Shown here: in pieces, positions 38,520 through 47,391 of the stretch
Numbering within the stretch: the first letter of the stretch is position 1
Layout: each line of letters starts with the position of its first letter
DNA from: an uncultured Candidatus Rokubacteria bacterium
GTDB taxonomy: Bacteria; Methylomirabilota; Methylomirabilia; Rokubacteriales; DASRDR01
NCBI GenBank assembly: GCA_963805625.1
Contig: CAWDVE010000018.1
Span: 64,001 to 128,000 of the forward strand
DNA length: 64,000 bases
Direction: 5' to 3'
Translations under genes and position numbers: made by a program
Notes under the pieces: generated by a model
What the model saw: the letters and a program-made list of their open reading frames with translations, nothing else
What the model was told of the DNA's origin: nothing
Databases searched by the model: none

Positions 38520-39545
38520 ATGACTCAGCGGAGATTTTGGGCAGTCCTGGCCGGACTGGGCCTCGCGTTCGGGCTCTGGGCCCGCGCCGAGGCGGCGGAC
38601 CCGGCGGTGATGGAGGCCGCCAAGAAGGAGGGCACGGTCGTCTGGTACTCGTCGCTCGGGCTGTCGGTCGCCCAGAAGGTCTGCGACGCCTTCAACAAGA
38701 AGGCGCTCGGCATCACCTGCGAGCTGACCCGGGACGGGTCGCAGCGCATCTTCCAGAAGGTCATGCAAGAGGCCGGCGCCGGGCTTGCCATCGCGGACGT
38801 CGTGCACACCTCCGACATCTCGCACTTCCTCGAGTTCCAACAGAAGAACATGCTGATGCGCTACCTCCCGGCCGGCGCGGACAAGTTCCGGGCCGACTTC
38901 CGGGACAAGGACGGGCTCTACACGATCCTGCGCGGCACGCCCTACGTGATCGGCTACAACACGCAGAAGGTGAGCGCCGCCGACGCCCCCAAGACCTGGA
39001 AGGACCTCGCCGACGCCAAGTGGAAGGGCAAGCTGGTCCACGCGCACCCTGGGTACAGCGGCGTGGTGATGACGGGCATCATCGGCCTCCTCCCCGTGAT
39101 GGGCGGGTGGGACTACTACGCAGCGGTGGCGAAGAACAACCCCCTCGTCGTCCAGTCGGCGGAGGACCCGCCGATGAAGCTGTCGGGTGGCGAAGCCTGG
39201 GTGGGGCCGACGGGCGAGTACAACCTCTACCGCGAGGTGAAGAAGGGCAACCCCATCCAGATCGTCTTCCCCGTGGAGGGCGTGCCCTTCGTGACCTCGG
39301 CCAACGCGATCCTGACCAAGGCGCCCCATCCGAACGCCGCGAAAGTGTTCACCGACTTCCTGTTCGACAAGGACGCCCAACAGATCCTCGCGGACGACGG
39401 CCTCTACGTGCCGAACGAGGCCGTGACCTACCCGAAGGACAAGCGGCCCCTCAAGGAGCTGAAGTTGATCAAGGTCGATCCCGAGGAGATGCAGAAGCGG
39501 GACGACGAGGTCAAGAAGAAGTTCCGCGAGCTGTTCGGGGTCTGA
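38520..39545 (+). CDS. ABC substrate-binding protein (Fe3+/thiamine/polyamine-type fold)
   Basis: AGGAGG RBS; signal peptide; AAKKEGTVVWYSS, PKTWKDL, APHPNAAKVF. Confidence 0.9.
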   Translation: MTQRRFWAVLAGLGLAFGLWARAEAADPAVMEAAKKEGTVVWYSSLGLSVAQKVCDAFNKKALGITCELTRDGSQRIFQKVMQEAGAGLAIADVVHTSDISHFLEFQQKNMLMRYLPAGADKFRADFRDKDGLYTILRGTPYVIGYNTQKVSAADAPKTWKDLADAKWKGKLVHAHPGYSGVVMTGIIGLLPVMGGWDYYAAVAKNNPLVVQSAEDPPMKLSGGEAWVGPTGEYNLYREVKKGNPIQIVFPVEGVPFVTSANAILTKAPHPNAAKVFTDFLFDKDAQQILADDGLYVPNEAVTYPKDKRPLKELKLIKVDPEEMQKRDDEVKKKFRELFGV

Positions 39546-39549
39546 CGAG

Positions 39550-41268
39550 GTGGCGGGCGCGGCGGCGGGGACGGCGATCACGACCGGGACGACGACGCGG
39601 GCACGCCTTGACGCCGCGCCGGCGGTCTGGCTCCTGAGCGCCGCGATCCTCGCCGTCCTCGTCGTCGCGCCCCTCGCTATCCTCCTGGTCACCGCCGTCC
39701 GGGTGCCGGAGGGGTCGGGCTTCAGCCTGGCGAACTTCGTCGAGGCGTTCGGCCAGGCGATGTACCGCGGGCCGGTCGGGAACTCGCTCGTCTACGCGAC
39801 GTCGGTCGGCATCCTGAGCGTTCTCGTCGGGGCGCCGATGGCCTGGCTCGTCACCCGGACGGACATGCCCGGCAAGGGAATCGTCCGGACGCTCACCATC
39901 GCCGCCTTCGTCACCCCGTCCTTCCTCGGGGCCACCGCCTACGTGATCCTGGCGGGTCCGAACGCGGGGCTCTTCAACGTGCTCTACCGGGCCGTCACCG
40001 GCGCGGAGGGGGCGCTCGTCAACATCTTCTCCATGTCGGGTCTGATCTACGTGACCAGCCTCTACACCTTTCCGGTGGTCTTCATCCTGACGAGCGCCGC
40101 GCTGACCACCACGCCAGCCGACCTGGAGGAAGCGGCGCGGATCGCGGGCGCGGGCCGCCTCGCCGTGATGCGCACGATCACCCTGCCATTGGCGCTGCCG
40201 GCGATCGTCGGGGGCTTCATCCTCGCCTTCCTCGAAGCCCTGGTGCTCTTCGGCGCGCCGGCCATGCTGGCCATCCCGGCGCGCTTCCACGTCATGACCA
40301 CCCAGATCTGGGCGTTCTTCCACTACCCGCCGCAGGTGGAGGTGGCCGCGGCCTACGCGATGCCGCTCCTCCTGGTCGCGGTCGTGCTGCTCTGGGCGCA
40401 ACGCCGTCTGATGGGCCGGCGCGGCTACTCGACCGTGGGCGGGCGGGCCACGGGCGCGGCCCCTGTGACGCTCGGTCCCGGGCGGTGGGCTGCCCTCGGC
40501 ACCTGCGGCGGGGTGCTGCTCCTCTCGATCGGGCTCCCGTACTTCGCCCTCCTCCGGGCCGCCCTCGCCAAGGCCTGGGGCCTCGGGTGGTCGTGGCAGA
40601 ACCTCACCCTGCGAAACTTCCGCTACGTGATCTTCGAGTTCGACCCGACCCGGTCAGCCATCGTGAACACACTCGAACTGGCGGCCGTCACCGCCACCCT
40701 CGCGGCCCTCCTGATGGGCGCGATCGCGTACGTCGCCCAGCGGCGGCTCCTGTGGGGGGCGCGCTCGCTCGCGTTCCTGGCCATGGCGCCTCTCGCGATC
40801 CCGGGCATCGTCCTCTCCATCGGCCTCTTCAAGGCGTACTCGCGGCCGCCGGTCCTGCTCTACGGGACCATCTGGATCATCTTCGTCGCGTACCTGACCA
40901 AGTACCTGCCGATCGCCTACACGGCCTGTCATGCCGCCATCCAAACGGTGCACGTGGACCTCGAGGACGCGGCCCGGATCCTCGGCGCCAACCGTCTGGT
41001 CGCCTTCAAGGATGTGACGGTGCCCCTTTTCGGCGCGGGGCTCGTCTCGGCGTGGCTCCTCGTGTTCCTTCCGAGCCTCCGGGAGCTCTCCTCCTCGATC
41101 CTCCTCTTCACGACCCGTTCGCGCGTCGTGTCCGTCGTCATCTACAGCCTCTACGAGGAGGGTCTCTGGGAAGCCGTGTCGGCCCTCGGGATCCTGCTGC
41201 TCGGGCTCACCCTCGTCCTCGTGGCCGTCGCGCAGCGGTTCCTGGGTCGGCGCTTCCTCCAGATCTGA
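39550..41268 (+). CDS. ABC permease with duplicated TM domains (FbpB-like)
   Basis: two EAA loops (LEEAARIAGA, LEDAARILGA); RTDMPG. Confidence 0.92.
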   Translation: MAGAAAGTAITTGTTTRARLDAAPAVWLLSAAILAVLVVAPLAILLVTAVRVPEGSGFSLANFVEAFGQAMYRGPVGNSLVYATSVGILSVLVGAPMAWLVTRTDMPGKGIVRTLTIAAFVTPSFLGATAYVILAGPNAGLFNVLYRAVTGAEGALVNIFSMSGLIYVTSLYTFPVVFILTSAALTTTPADLEEAARIAGAGRLAVMRTITLPLALPAIVGGFILAFLEALVLFGAPAMLAIPARFHVMTTQIWAFFHYPPQVEVAAAYAMPLLLVAVVLLWAQRRLMGRRGYSTVGGRATGAAPVTLGPGRWAALGTCGGVLLLSIGLPYFALLRAALAKAWGLGWSWQNLTLRNFRYVIFEFDPTRSAIVNTLELAAVTATLAALLMGAIAYVAQRRLLWGARSLAFLAMAPLAIPGIVLSIGLFKAYSRPPVLLYGTIWIIFVAYLTKYLPIAYTACHAAIQTVHVDLEDAARILGANRLVAFKDVTVPLFGAGLVSAWLLVFLPSLRELSSSILLFTTRSRVVSVVIYSLYEEGLWEAVSALGILLLGLTLVLVAVAQRFLGRRFLQI

Positions 41269-41277
41269 CCCGTCGCG

Positions 41278-42369
41278 ATGGCCGCGGTCCGCCTGCAGGC
41301 GCTCACCAAGCGGTACGGCGAGGACGTCGCGGCCGTCCGGGACCTCACGCTCGAGATCCGTCACGGGGAGCTCCTGTCGCTCCTCGGCCCCTCGGGCTGC
41401 GGGAAGACCACTACCCTCCGCCTCATCGCGGGATTCCTCGCTCCCGACACCGGCGAGATCTGGCTCGGGGACCGCCGTCTCTCGTCCGCGGGGGAGGCCG
41501 TGCCGCCCGAGCGCCGCGGGATGAGCATGCTCTTCCAGTCCTACGCGGTCTGGCCCCACAAGACGGTGGCGGAGAACGTGACCTACGGCCTGAAGTTCCG
41601 CGCCGTGCCCCGGGCGGAGTGGCCCCGGCGTCTCCGGGAGGCCCTGGTGCTGGTACGGCTCGAGGGGTTCGCCGACCGCTATCCGGGCGAGCTCTCCGGC
41701 GGTCAGCAGCAGCGCGTCGCCCTCGCGCGGGCCCTGATCGTGGAGCCCACGATCCTGCTCCTGGACGAGCCCCTCAGCAACCTGGACGCACACCTGCGGG
41801 AGGAGATGCGGTTCGAGATCCGGCGGGTGCACGAGGCCCTGCAGATCACGACCGTCTACGTGACCCACGACCAGGCCGAGGCGATGGTCACCTCGGACCG
41901 CATCGCCGTGATGAACGCCGGTCGGCTCGAGCAGGTGGGCACAGCGGTCGAGGTGTACGAGCGACCGGCCACGGCGTTCGTGGCGAGCTTCATCGGTCGC
42001 ACGAATCTCTTGAAGGGGCGGCTCGCCGCCGACGGGCGGGTCGCCTGCGAAGGCGGCCTCGAGCTGGTCACGGCGGCCGGACCGGAGCACCCTCCGGGGG
42101 AGGCGGTCGCGGTCTCGATCCGGCCTCACACGGTCGGCCTCGCGCCGGCAGCGGGCGCGGGGGCCCCGACGGTGGACGACGCGCGGCTGAACGTCTTCAC
42201 CGGCACGGTCACCCGGGCCAGCTACTTCGGCGACGCGATGGACTATCAGGTGGCGATCGCGGGGACTGACTGCACGCTCCGGGCGGCAGGGCCGCCGGAG
42301 TCCCGGCTCGTCTTCGGTCAGGCCGTGGTCATCCGGATTGCGGCGGATCGCTGCATTCTCGTCCGATGA
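41278..42369 (+). CDS. ABC ATPase (FbpC/PotA-like, TOBE domain)
   Basis: GPSGCGKT, LSGGQQQR, LLDEPLSNLD, YVTHDQ. Confidence 0.93.
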   Translation: MAAVRLQALTKRYGEDVAAVRDLTLEIRHGELLSLLGPSGCGKTTTLRLIAGFLAPDTGEIWLGDRRLSSAGEAVPPERRGMSMLFQSYAVWPHKTVAENVTYGLKFRAVPRAEWPRRLREALVLVRLEGFADRYPGELSGGQQQRVALARALIVEPTILLLDEPLSNLDAHLREEMRFEIRRVHEALQITTVYVTHDQAEAMVTSDRIAVMNAGRLEQVGTAVEVYERPATAFVASFIGRTNLLKGRLAADGRVACEGGLELVTAAGPEHPPGEAVAVSIRPHTVGLAPAAGAGAPTVDDARLNVFTGTVTRASYFGDAMDYQVAIAGTDCTLRAAGPPESRLVFGQAVVIRIAADRCILVR

Positions 42370-42398
42370 GTCGGTGAGCGCGCCGACGGAGCGACGCC

Positions 42399-43184
42399 AT
42401 GCCCGCTCGATCGTCCCAGCCTCGGCTGCACGGCAAGGTCGCCATCGTCACGGGCGCCGCGATGGGCCTCGGCGAGGCCATCGCTCGGCGGTTCGCGGAG
42501 GAGGGCGCGCGCGTCGCCTGCGTGGACGTCCGGCCGGGGCCCAACGACGCGGTCGTCGACGCGATCCGGTTGGAGGGCGGCGAGGCCCTCTCCGTCGAGG
42601 CGAGCGTCGCGGCGAGCGCCGACACCCAGCGGATCGTCGAGGTGACGCTCGAGCGCTTCGGCCGCATTGACATCCTCGTCAACAACGCCGGGATCCTCCC
42701 CTCCCGGGAAACCGTCCTCGAGACCACCGAGGCCGACTGGGACGAGACGATGCGGGTGAACGTCAAGGGCGTGTTCCTCATGAGCCGCGCCGTCCTGCCG
42801 GCGATGATCGGCCAGGGTGGCGGGGCGCTCGTGAACCTCTCGTCGATCACCGGAGTGGTGGGTCTCCCGGTCCGCCCCGCCTACTCGGCGTCGAAGGGAG
42901 CGGTCGCCATCCTCACGAAGCAGATGGCGGTCGATTTCGGCCGGCACGGCATCCGCGTCAACGCACTCAGCCCGTCCTTCGTCATCACGAACATCAACCG
43001 CGCGATGTTCGACCGGATGCGGGCCGAGGGGGCGCCGTGGGAGCGGCTGCTCGACCAGCACCTGCTCCGCCGCCTCGGCGAGCCCCGCGATGTCGCGGAC
43101 GCGGCCCTGTTCCTCGCGTCGGATGAGGCGCGCTGGATCACCGGCGTCACCCTGCCGGTGGACGGGGGCTACACCGCCCACTGA
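42399..43184 (+). CDS. short-chain dehydrogenase/reductase
   Basis: TGAAMGLG, NNAG, YSASK, VDGGY. Confidence 0.93.
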   Translation: MPARSSQPRLHGKVAIVTGAAMGLGEAIARRFAEEGARVACVDVRPGPNDAVVDAIRLEGGEALSVEASVAASADTQRIVEVTLERFGRIDILVNNAGILPSRETVLETTEADWDETMRVNVKGVFLMSRAVLPAMIGQGGGALVNLSSITGVVGLPVRPAYSASKGAVAILTKQMAVDFGRHGIRVNALSPSFVITNINRAMFDRMRAEGAPWERLLDQHLLRRLGEPRDVADAALFLASDEARWITGVTLPVDGGYTAH

Positions 43185-43235
43185 CGGCTGCCTCATCCCC
43201 TCGCTCGCGACCACTTGACGCGAGGGAGGGACGCG

Positions 43236-44345
43236 CTAGGGCTCCGAGAGCTCCTCGATCGCCGCCGCGAAACGCCGGCGGGCCTGCGGGTCGTCGATAT
43301 GCCCCGCGAGATGCTCGTAGAAATCCTTCGTGTTGCTCGCCTGCTTGGCGGCGCGCTTGACGAGGAGCTTGGCGACGGGGCCGATATGGACGGCCAGCCG
43401 GTCCTCGGCCTCGGCCAGCACCTCGGGCGACAGCGGCCGCCCGGGCGTCGTCCCGGCCGGAGGGGCCGTCGCGGGGGGGCGCGCCGGGGACGGCGGCGGT
43501 GCCGAGAGTGGCCTCCCCACGTCACCGAGCCGGCGCCGGAAGGCCGCGCGCTGCGACTCGGGCAGGGCGCCGTCGAGCAGCTGGCAGAGCGCCGGCAGGT
43601 CCGGCGCCGACTTCGCCGCCTTCCGCACCAGCACCCGCGCGAGCGGTCCGATGCTCTCGGCGAGCGCGCCCTCGATGCGAGCGAGGACCGCGGCGTCGAA
43701 GCCCCCGGTTGCGGCAGGCACGAACTCGGAGCTCTCCACTCGGCCTCGCGGCGGCGCCGCCGCCGCCGCCTCGGCCTGGTCCGACGCCGGGGTGGCGCCG
43801 GTCCCACCTGTCGTCATCACGTACACTTCGTGCTCCCGGACGTGCTTGTCGCGGTGGATACCCAGGTAGTGGAACAGCCGCGTGTATTCCTGGGAGAGCC
43901 GCGACACGATCTCGTAGAAGGAGCGCGAGACTAGGATCTGGTTCGGCTCGGCGAAGCTCATGACCCGCTGGGCGACGTTGATCCCGTCGCCCAGGATGTT
44001 GCGCTGGCCGTTGACGTCCTTGACGATCCGGAGCGGCCCGAGGTTGATGCCGATGCGGAGGGCGAGCTCGGGGCCGACAGCCACGCTGCCCGCCCGCAGG
44101 TTGCTGGCGGCGAACAGGGCGTCCTCCGGGTCGCCGAGGAAGCAGAGGGCCGCCCCGTCGCCGGTGTCGAGCATCATCCGATCGCCAGCCGGGACGTGCT
44201 CGAGCACGCCTGCGATCAGCCCGTTGAGCCGAGTCTTCAGCTCGACCTGCTGCGGCACGAGGCGCTCCGAGTAACCGACGATGTCGACGAACACCACCGT
44301 GGCGATGAACGTTCGGTGACCGGGCTCGGCAGGCCCCTGCTCCAT
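43236..44345 (-). CDS. class III nucleotide cyclase with two C-terminal helical repeats
   Basis: FVDIVGYS, TGDG, LRIGINLGP, GDGINVAQRV; repeats LAESIGPLARVLVRKAAK and LAVHIGPVAKLLVKRAAK. Confidence 0.88.
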   Translation of the reverse strand: MEQGPAEPGHRTFIATVVFVDIVGYSERLVPQQVELKTRLNGLIAGVLEHVPAGDRMMLDTGDGAALCFLGDPEDALFAASNLRAGSVAVGPELALRIGINLGPLRIVKDVNGQRNILGDGINVAQRVMSFAEPNQILVSRSFYEIVSRLSQEYTRLFHYLGIHRDKHVREHEVYVMTTGGTGATPASDQAEAAAAAPPRGRVESSEFVPAATGGFDAAVLARIEGALAESIGPLARVLVRKAAKSAPDLPALCQLLDGALPESQRAAFRRRLGDVGRPLSAPPPSPARPPATAPPAGTTPGRPLSPEVLAEAEDRLAVHIGPVAKLLVKRAAKQASNTKDFYEHLAGHIDDPQARRRFAAAIEELSEP

Positions 44346-44350
44346 GAGCC

Positions 44351-45223
44351 TCAGCTCTCGATCATCTGCATCGCCTTCTGGAGGCTCCGCCGCATGCGGT
44401 TGAACGCCCGGCCGAGGAGCGCGATCTCGTCACGGCCCTGCTCCGGGAACTCGGGGATCTCGAAGTTCCCGGTGCTCACCTGGTCCGCCGCACGCGACAG
44501 CTGAGCCACGGGCCGCACGATCATCCAGTTCAGCATCACGTTGAGCGCGACGAAGACGAGCGCGAAGACGGCGACCAGCGAGCCCATGAACGTGTAGAAG
44601 GCCCGCTGCGCGTTCTTGAGCGGCAAAGCCATCGGCACCGACACGACCTGGGCGCCCACGATCTCGTTGAGCTTCCAGCCGAAACCGTTCGCGCCACCGT
44701 AGAGCTTGATCATGGTGGGAGGCGCAGCCTCGGGTGTGCTGTGGCACCCGAGACAGGCCGGGTTGCCGATCTGGATCGGGCGGGCGATGTAGAGCGCGCG
44801 GCCGGTGGGCGTGTCGCGCTCCCCGCCGAGCTCCTTCACCGCGGGATGGTTCCGGAACTCCTGGACGATGTCCGCCTCCCAGTCGGCGGCTCGATTGCGG
44901 GGGTTGGTCGGGTTGAGCGTCGCCTCCTTGTAGAAGTAGTCCGGGTACTTCTTGCGAAGCTCGGTCATGGTCTCGGCCGCCGCGAAGGCCGGCACCGTCT
45001 GGGGCAGGAACGCGCGCATCAGCTGGAGCTCAAGGTGCGGCCGCACCTGGGTGATCGTGTAGCCGCGAACCGCCAGCGCGGTCTCCATCATGAGGCTGGC
45101 GTTCCGGGCCACCTCCTCCCGCGCGTTCCGGATCAGGATCTCGCGCGAAATCACGCCGGCGACTCCGAGACCGACCAGGAACACGAGAAGCAGGACCAGG
45201 TTGAACTTGAGCCGCAACCCCAT
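44351..45223 (-). CDS. DUF3365/Tll0287-like heme-c sensor with HAMP domain and no output domain
   Basis: two TM segments, LNPTNPRN, CLGCH heme motif, HAMP (DEIALLGRAFNRM) at the C-terminus. Confidence 0.85.
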   Translation of the reverse strand: MGLRLKFNLVLLLVFLVGLGVAGVISREILIRNAREEVARNASLMMETALAVRGYTITQVRPHLELQLMRAFLPQTVPAFAAAETMTELRKKYPDYFYKEATLNPTNPRNRAADWEADIVQEFRNHPAVKELGGERDTPTGRALYIARPIQIGNPACLGCHSTPEAAPPTMIKLYGGANGFGWKLNEIVGAQVVSVPMALPLKNAQRAFYTFMGSLVAVFALVFVALNVMLNWMIVRPVAQLSRAADQVSTGNFEIPEFPEQGRDEIALLGRAFNRMRRSLQKAMQMIES

Positions 45224-45251
45224 GTCACCCTCCCCGGCGCCCCGGCCGTCC

Positions 45252-45764
45252 TCAGCGGCAGCCGGCCAGCTCGCCGTAGGCCTTGTTGAATCCGCTCAGG
45301 CTGAAGGTCGCCGAATGCGTCCCCGTCGCGGGCCACTCTGGCCAGAACCGGAGCTGCACGTGAAGGCGGTTCCCCGCCTTGAAGAGATCGACCAGTCGCC
45401 CATGCTTCGTGGCAAAAAGTGCAGTCTTCGTGCCAACTAGCCGGTCCATCGGCACCAGAGGCTCCTGATCAACGACGAGACCGATGTCCGAGAGGCTCGC
45501 ATCGAGGTTCGACCCTGAAGTCACCGCCACCGACCCGCTGTCGACGGTGACGTATGCCGTTGTGTCCTGGTAGCCGTCCGAGAGCGACTGCCGAGTTGAC
45601 TCGAGCACGCAATGCGTCCCGGGCCCGTCCGTCCGCGGCACGGTCTTCACGGACCACTCGTCCGCGGCGGCCGGCCCACCCTGCAGCATCAAGGCAAGGA
45701 CCACCCCGCAGGTGACACGACACCTGGCGACCTGAGGACTCCTGCGCACTGACATCCGACCCAA
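45252..45764 (-). CDS. secreted hypothetical protein (start uncertain)
   Basis: signal-like segment ending AAA-DE; ends with FSLSGFNKAY..L..C; normal composition. Confidence 0.7.
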   Translation of the reverse strand: MGRMSVRRSPQVARCRVTCGVVLALMLQGGPAAADEWSVKTVPRTDGPGTHCVLESTRQSLSDGYQDTTAYVTVDSGSVAVTSGSNLDASLSDIGLVVDQEPLVPMDRLVGTKTALFATKHGRLVDLFKAGNRLHVQLRFWPEWPATGTHSATFSLSGFNKAYGELAGCR

Positions 45765-45855
45765 CCCGTCGGGCTAGTGTAGGAGACCCCCGCCCCGGAG
45801 GGAACGGGTATTTCGCGGGCCCGGGCGCCGGCCCCGGCGCCCGTACAATGACCCC

Positions 45856-46629
45856 GTGCACGAGGTCCCACGCGGCGTGAGCTGTCTGGCGTGCGGGGGG
45901 CGGTTCCCGGCATTCGCCCGCTACGGGCAGAAGCCGCGGCCCGGCCTCTGTCCAGGCTGTGGGTCGAAGCCCCGCCACCGCGCCCTTCTGCTCTTCCTGC
46001 GGCGCTTTGTCCGGCCGCGGCTTCGCCATGGGAGCGAGGTGCTCGAGATCGGGCCCTCTCGCCCCGCCACTCGCTTCGTGCCGGGCCGGCGGACCATCGG
46101 CCCCGCTCGCTACACCGCCGTCGACCTGGACCGCCGGCCGCATCACGCGCGCCTCCGGCTGCCCCACCGCTTCCGACGCATGGACGCCACTCGGCTGCGC
46201 TTCGGTCGGGGAACGTTCGACGTGATCCTCTGCAACAACGTGCTCCCGTTCGCCCCGGACGACACCGCGATCCTCGCCGAGGTCCGCCGGTGTCTCAAGC
46301 CCGGGGGCGTGGCCATGGTGGACGTCGACGTGCAGGTCACGCGGACGACCGCCGCGGCCAGCCTGCGGCGGCGCGATCCCGACCGCTTCACGGCCGCGTA
46401 CGTCGCGACCAACGGCTCTCACCGCTTCTACGGGCGCGACTACCCCGCGCGCCTCCGGCAAGCGCGGCTCGCGCCGCTCCGCTTCGATCCGCTCCGGGGC
46501 CTGGGTCCGTCATTCCGGCGCGCGCACGGCCTCAAGGCCGACGGGCGCGTGTACCTCGCATTTTCGAGCCCGGCCGCCGCCCAGGCGTTCGCCCGGGAGG
46601 CTCGCGCGCGGGTCAGCGGATCTTCTTGA
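45856..46629 (+). CDS. class I SAM-dependent methyltransferase with N-terminal CxxC/CxxC
   Basis: CLAC..CPGC, VLEIGP, FDVILCNNVL, LKPGG; TACAAT lies 6 nt before the GTG. Confidence 0.85.
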   Translation: MHEVPRGVSCLACGGRFPAFARYGQKPRPGLCPGCGSKPRHRALLLFLRRFVRPRLRHGSEVLEIGPSRPATRFVPGRRTIGPARYTAVDLDRRPHHARLRLPHRFRRMDATRLRFGRGTFDVILCNNVLPFAPDDTAILAEVRRCLKPGGVAMVDVDVQVTRTTAAASLRRRDPDRFTAAYVATNGSHRFYGRDYPARLRQARLAPLRFDPLRGLGPSFRRAHGLKADGRVYLAFSSPAAAQAFAREARARVSGSS

Positions 46630-47164
46630 GCTTTCCCACGACCGTTCGCAGCACCTCGCCATCCCGGACTCTCGAGTAGCGGAGGTCCATTCCCGCCGCC
46701 ACGATGGTGCGCTCATACGTCTGCATCTCGTACCCCCCGGCCTCCGTCACGAACAGGGCGTACATCCAGAGCTTGGGTCCGTCGAACCGCGCCCAAATGT
46801 AGGGATCGCCGTTGAGGGGATCCAAGGGGACCGCGTTGCCGAAGACGTCGGTCCGCATGGCCGAGCTGTAGATGTCCGGGCGCTTCGACGGGACGAACGA
46901 GATGGTGCGTTCCTCCTTGCGCGGCGGGTCGGTCCCGCGCTTGATCACCGCGGTCCACTTGACCTTGAAGCCCTTGCCCTGCGGGGTGATCTCGACGCCG
47001 ATGTCACGCTTGTCGAGCTCCTCGCCGCTTTCGGAGACGGCCTCCCCGACATACGACCCGTAGAACCGCTGGATCCCTCCGCTCTGGGCCTCCGCGGCGC
47101 CCGCGGCGAGCAGGATACTCCACCCGACAGCGAGCAGCATCCCGGAATACTGCCGTCGACGCAT
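46613..47164 (-). CDS. secreted hypothetical protein
   Basis: GGAGG RBS; signal peptide ending AEA-Q; beta-rich, with DP..G.PY.WAR and YEMQTYER. Confidence 0.8.
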   Translation of the reverse strand: MRRRQYSGMLLAVGWSILLAAGAAEAQSGGIQRFYGSYVGEAVSESGEELDKRDIGVEITPQGKGFKVKWTAVIKRGTDPPRKEERTISFVPSKRPDIYSSAMRTDVFGNAVPLDPLNGDPYIWARFDGPKLWMYALFVTEAGGYEMQTYERTIVAAGMDLRYSRVRDGEVLRTVVGKLKKIR

Positions 47165-47260
47165 ACGCTCCTCCAAACTCAGGGCCGAGCCGCACGCACA
47201 ACCGCCGGCCGCGTCGGCACCGCGCACCGGTGCCCGTACACTACCATGCCCCCCCGCCAG

Positions 47261-47304
47261 CCTGGCGCGGTCACCTGGCGCATCACCTGGCGCGTCACCT
47301 TGCG
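47261..47304. repeat. 3.5 tandem copies of CCTGGCGC(G/A)TCA in a divergent intergenic region
   Basis: CCTGGCGCGGTCA CCTGGCGCATCA CCTGGCGCGTCA CCTTGCG. Confidence 0.7.
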
Positions 47305-47391
47305 TCGCTCCAGGCCCCCGCGTTACGCTGCCCTCGGGGAGACGCGCGGACCGGCCGTTGAATCGCCGCCCGTCCCGCCCGGAGGATCGCC

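Noticed and set aside
47288-47303. sigma54-like TGGCGC...TTGC
   Set aside because: The GG-to-GC spacing is 11 nt rather than the required 10.
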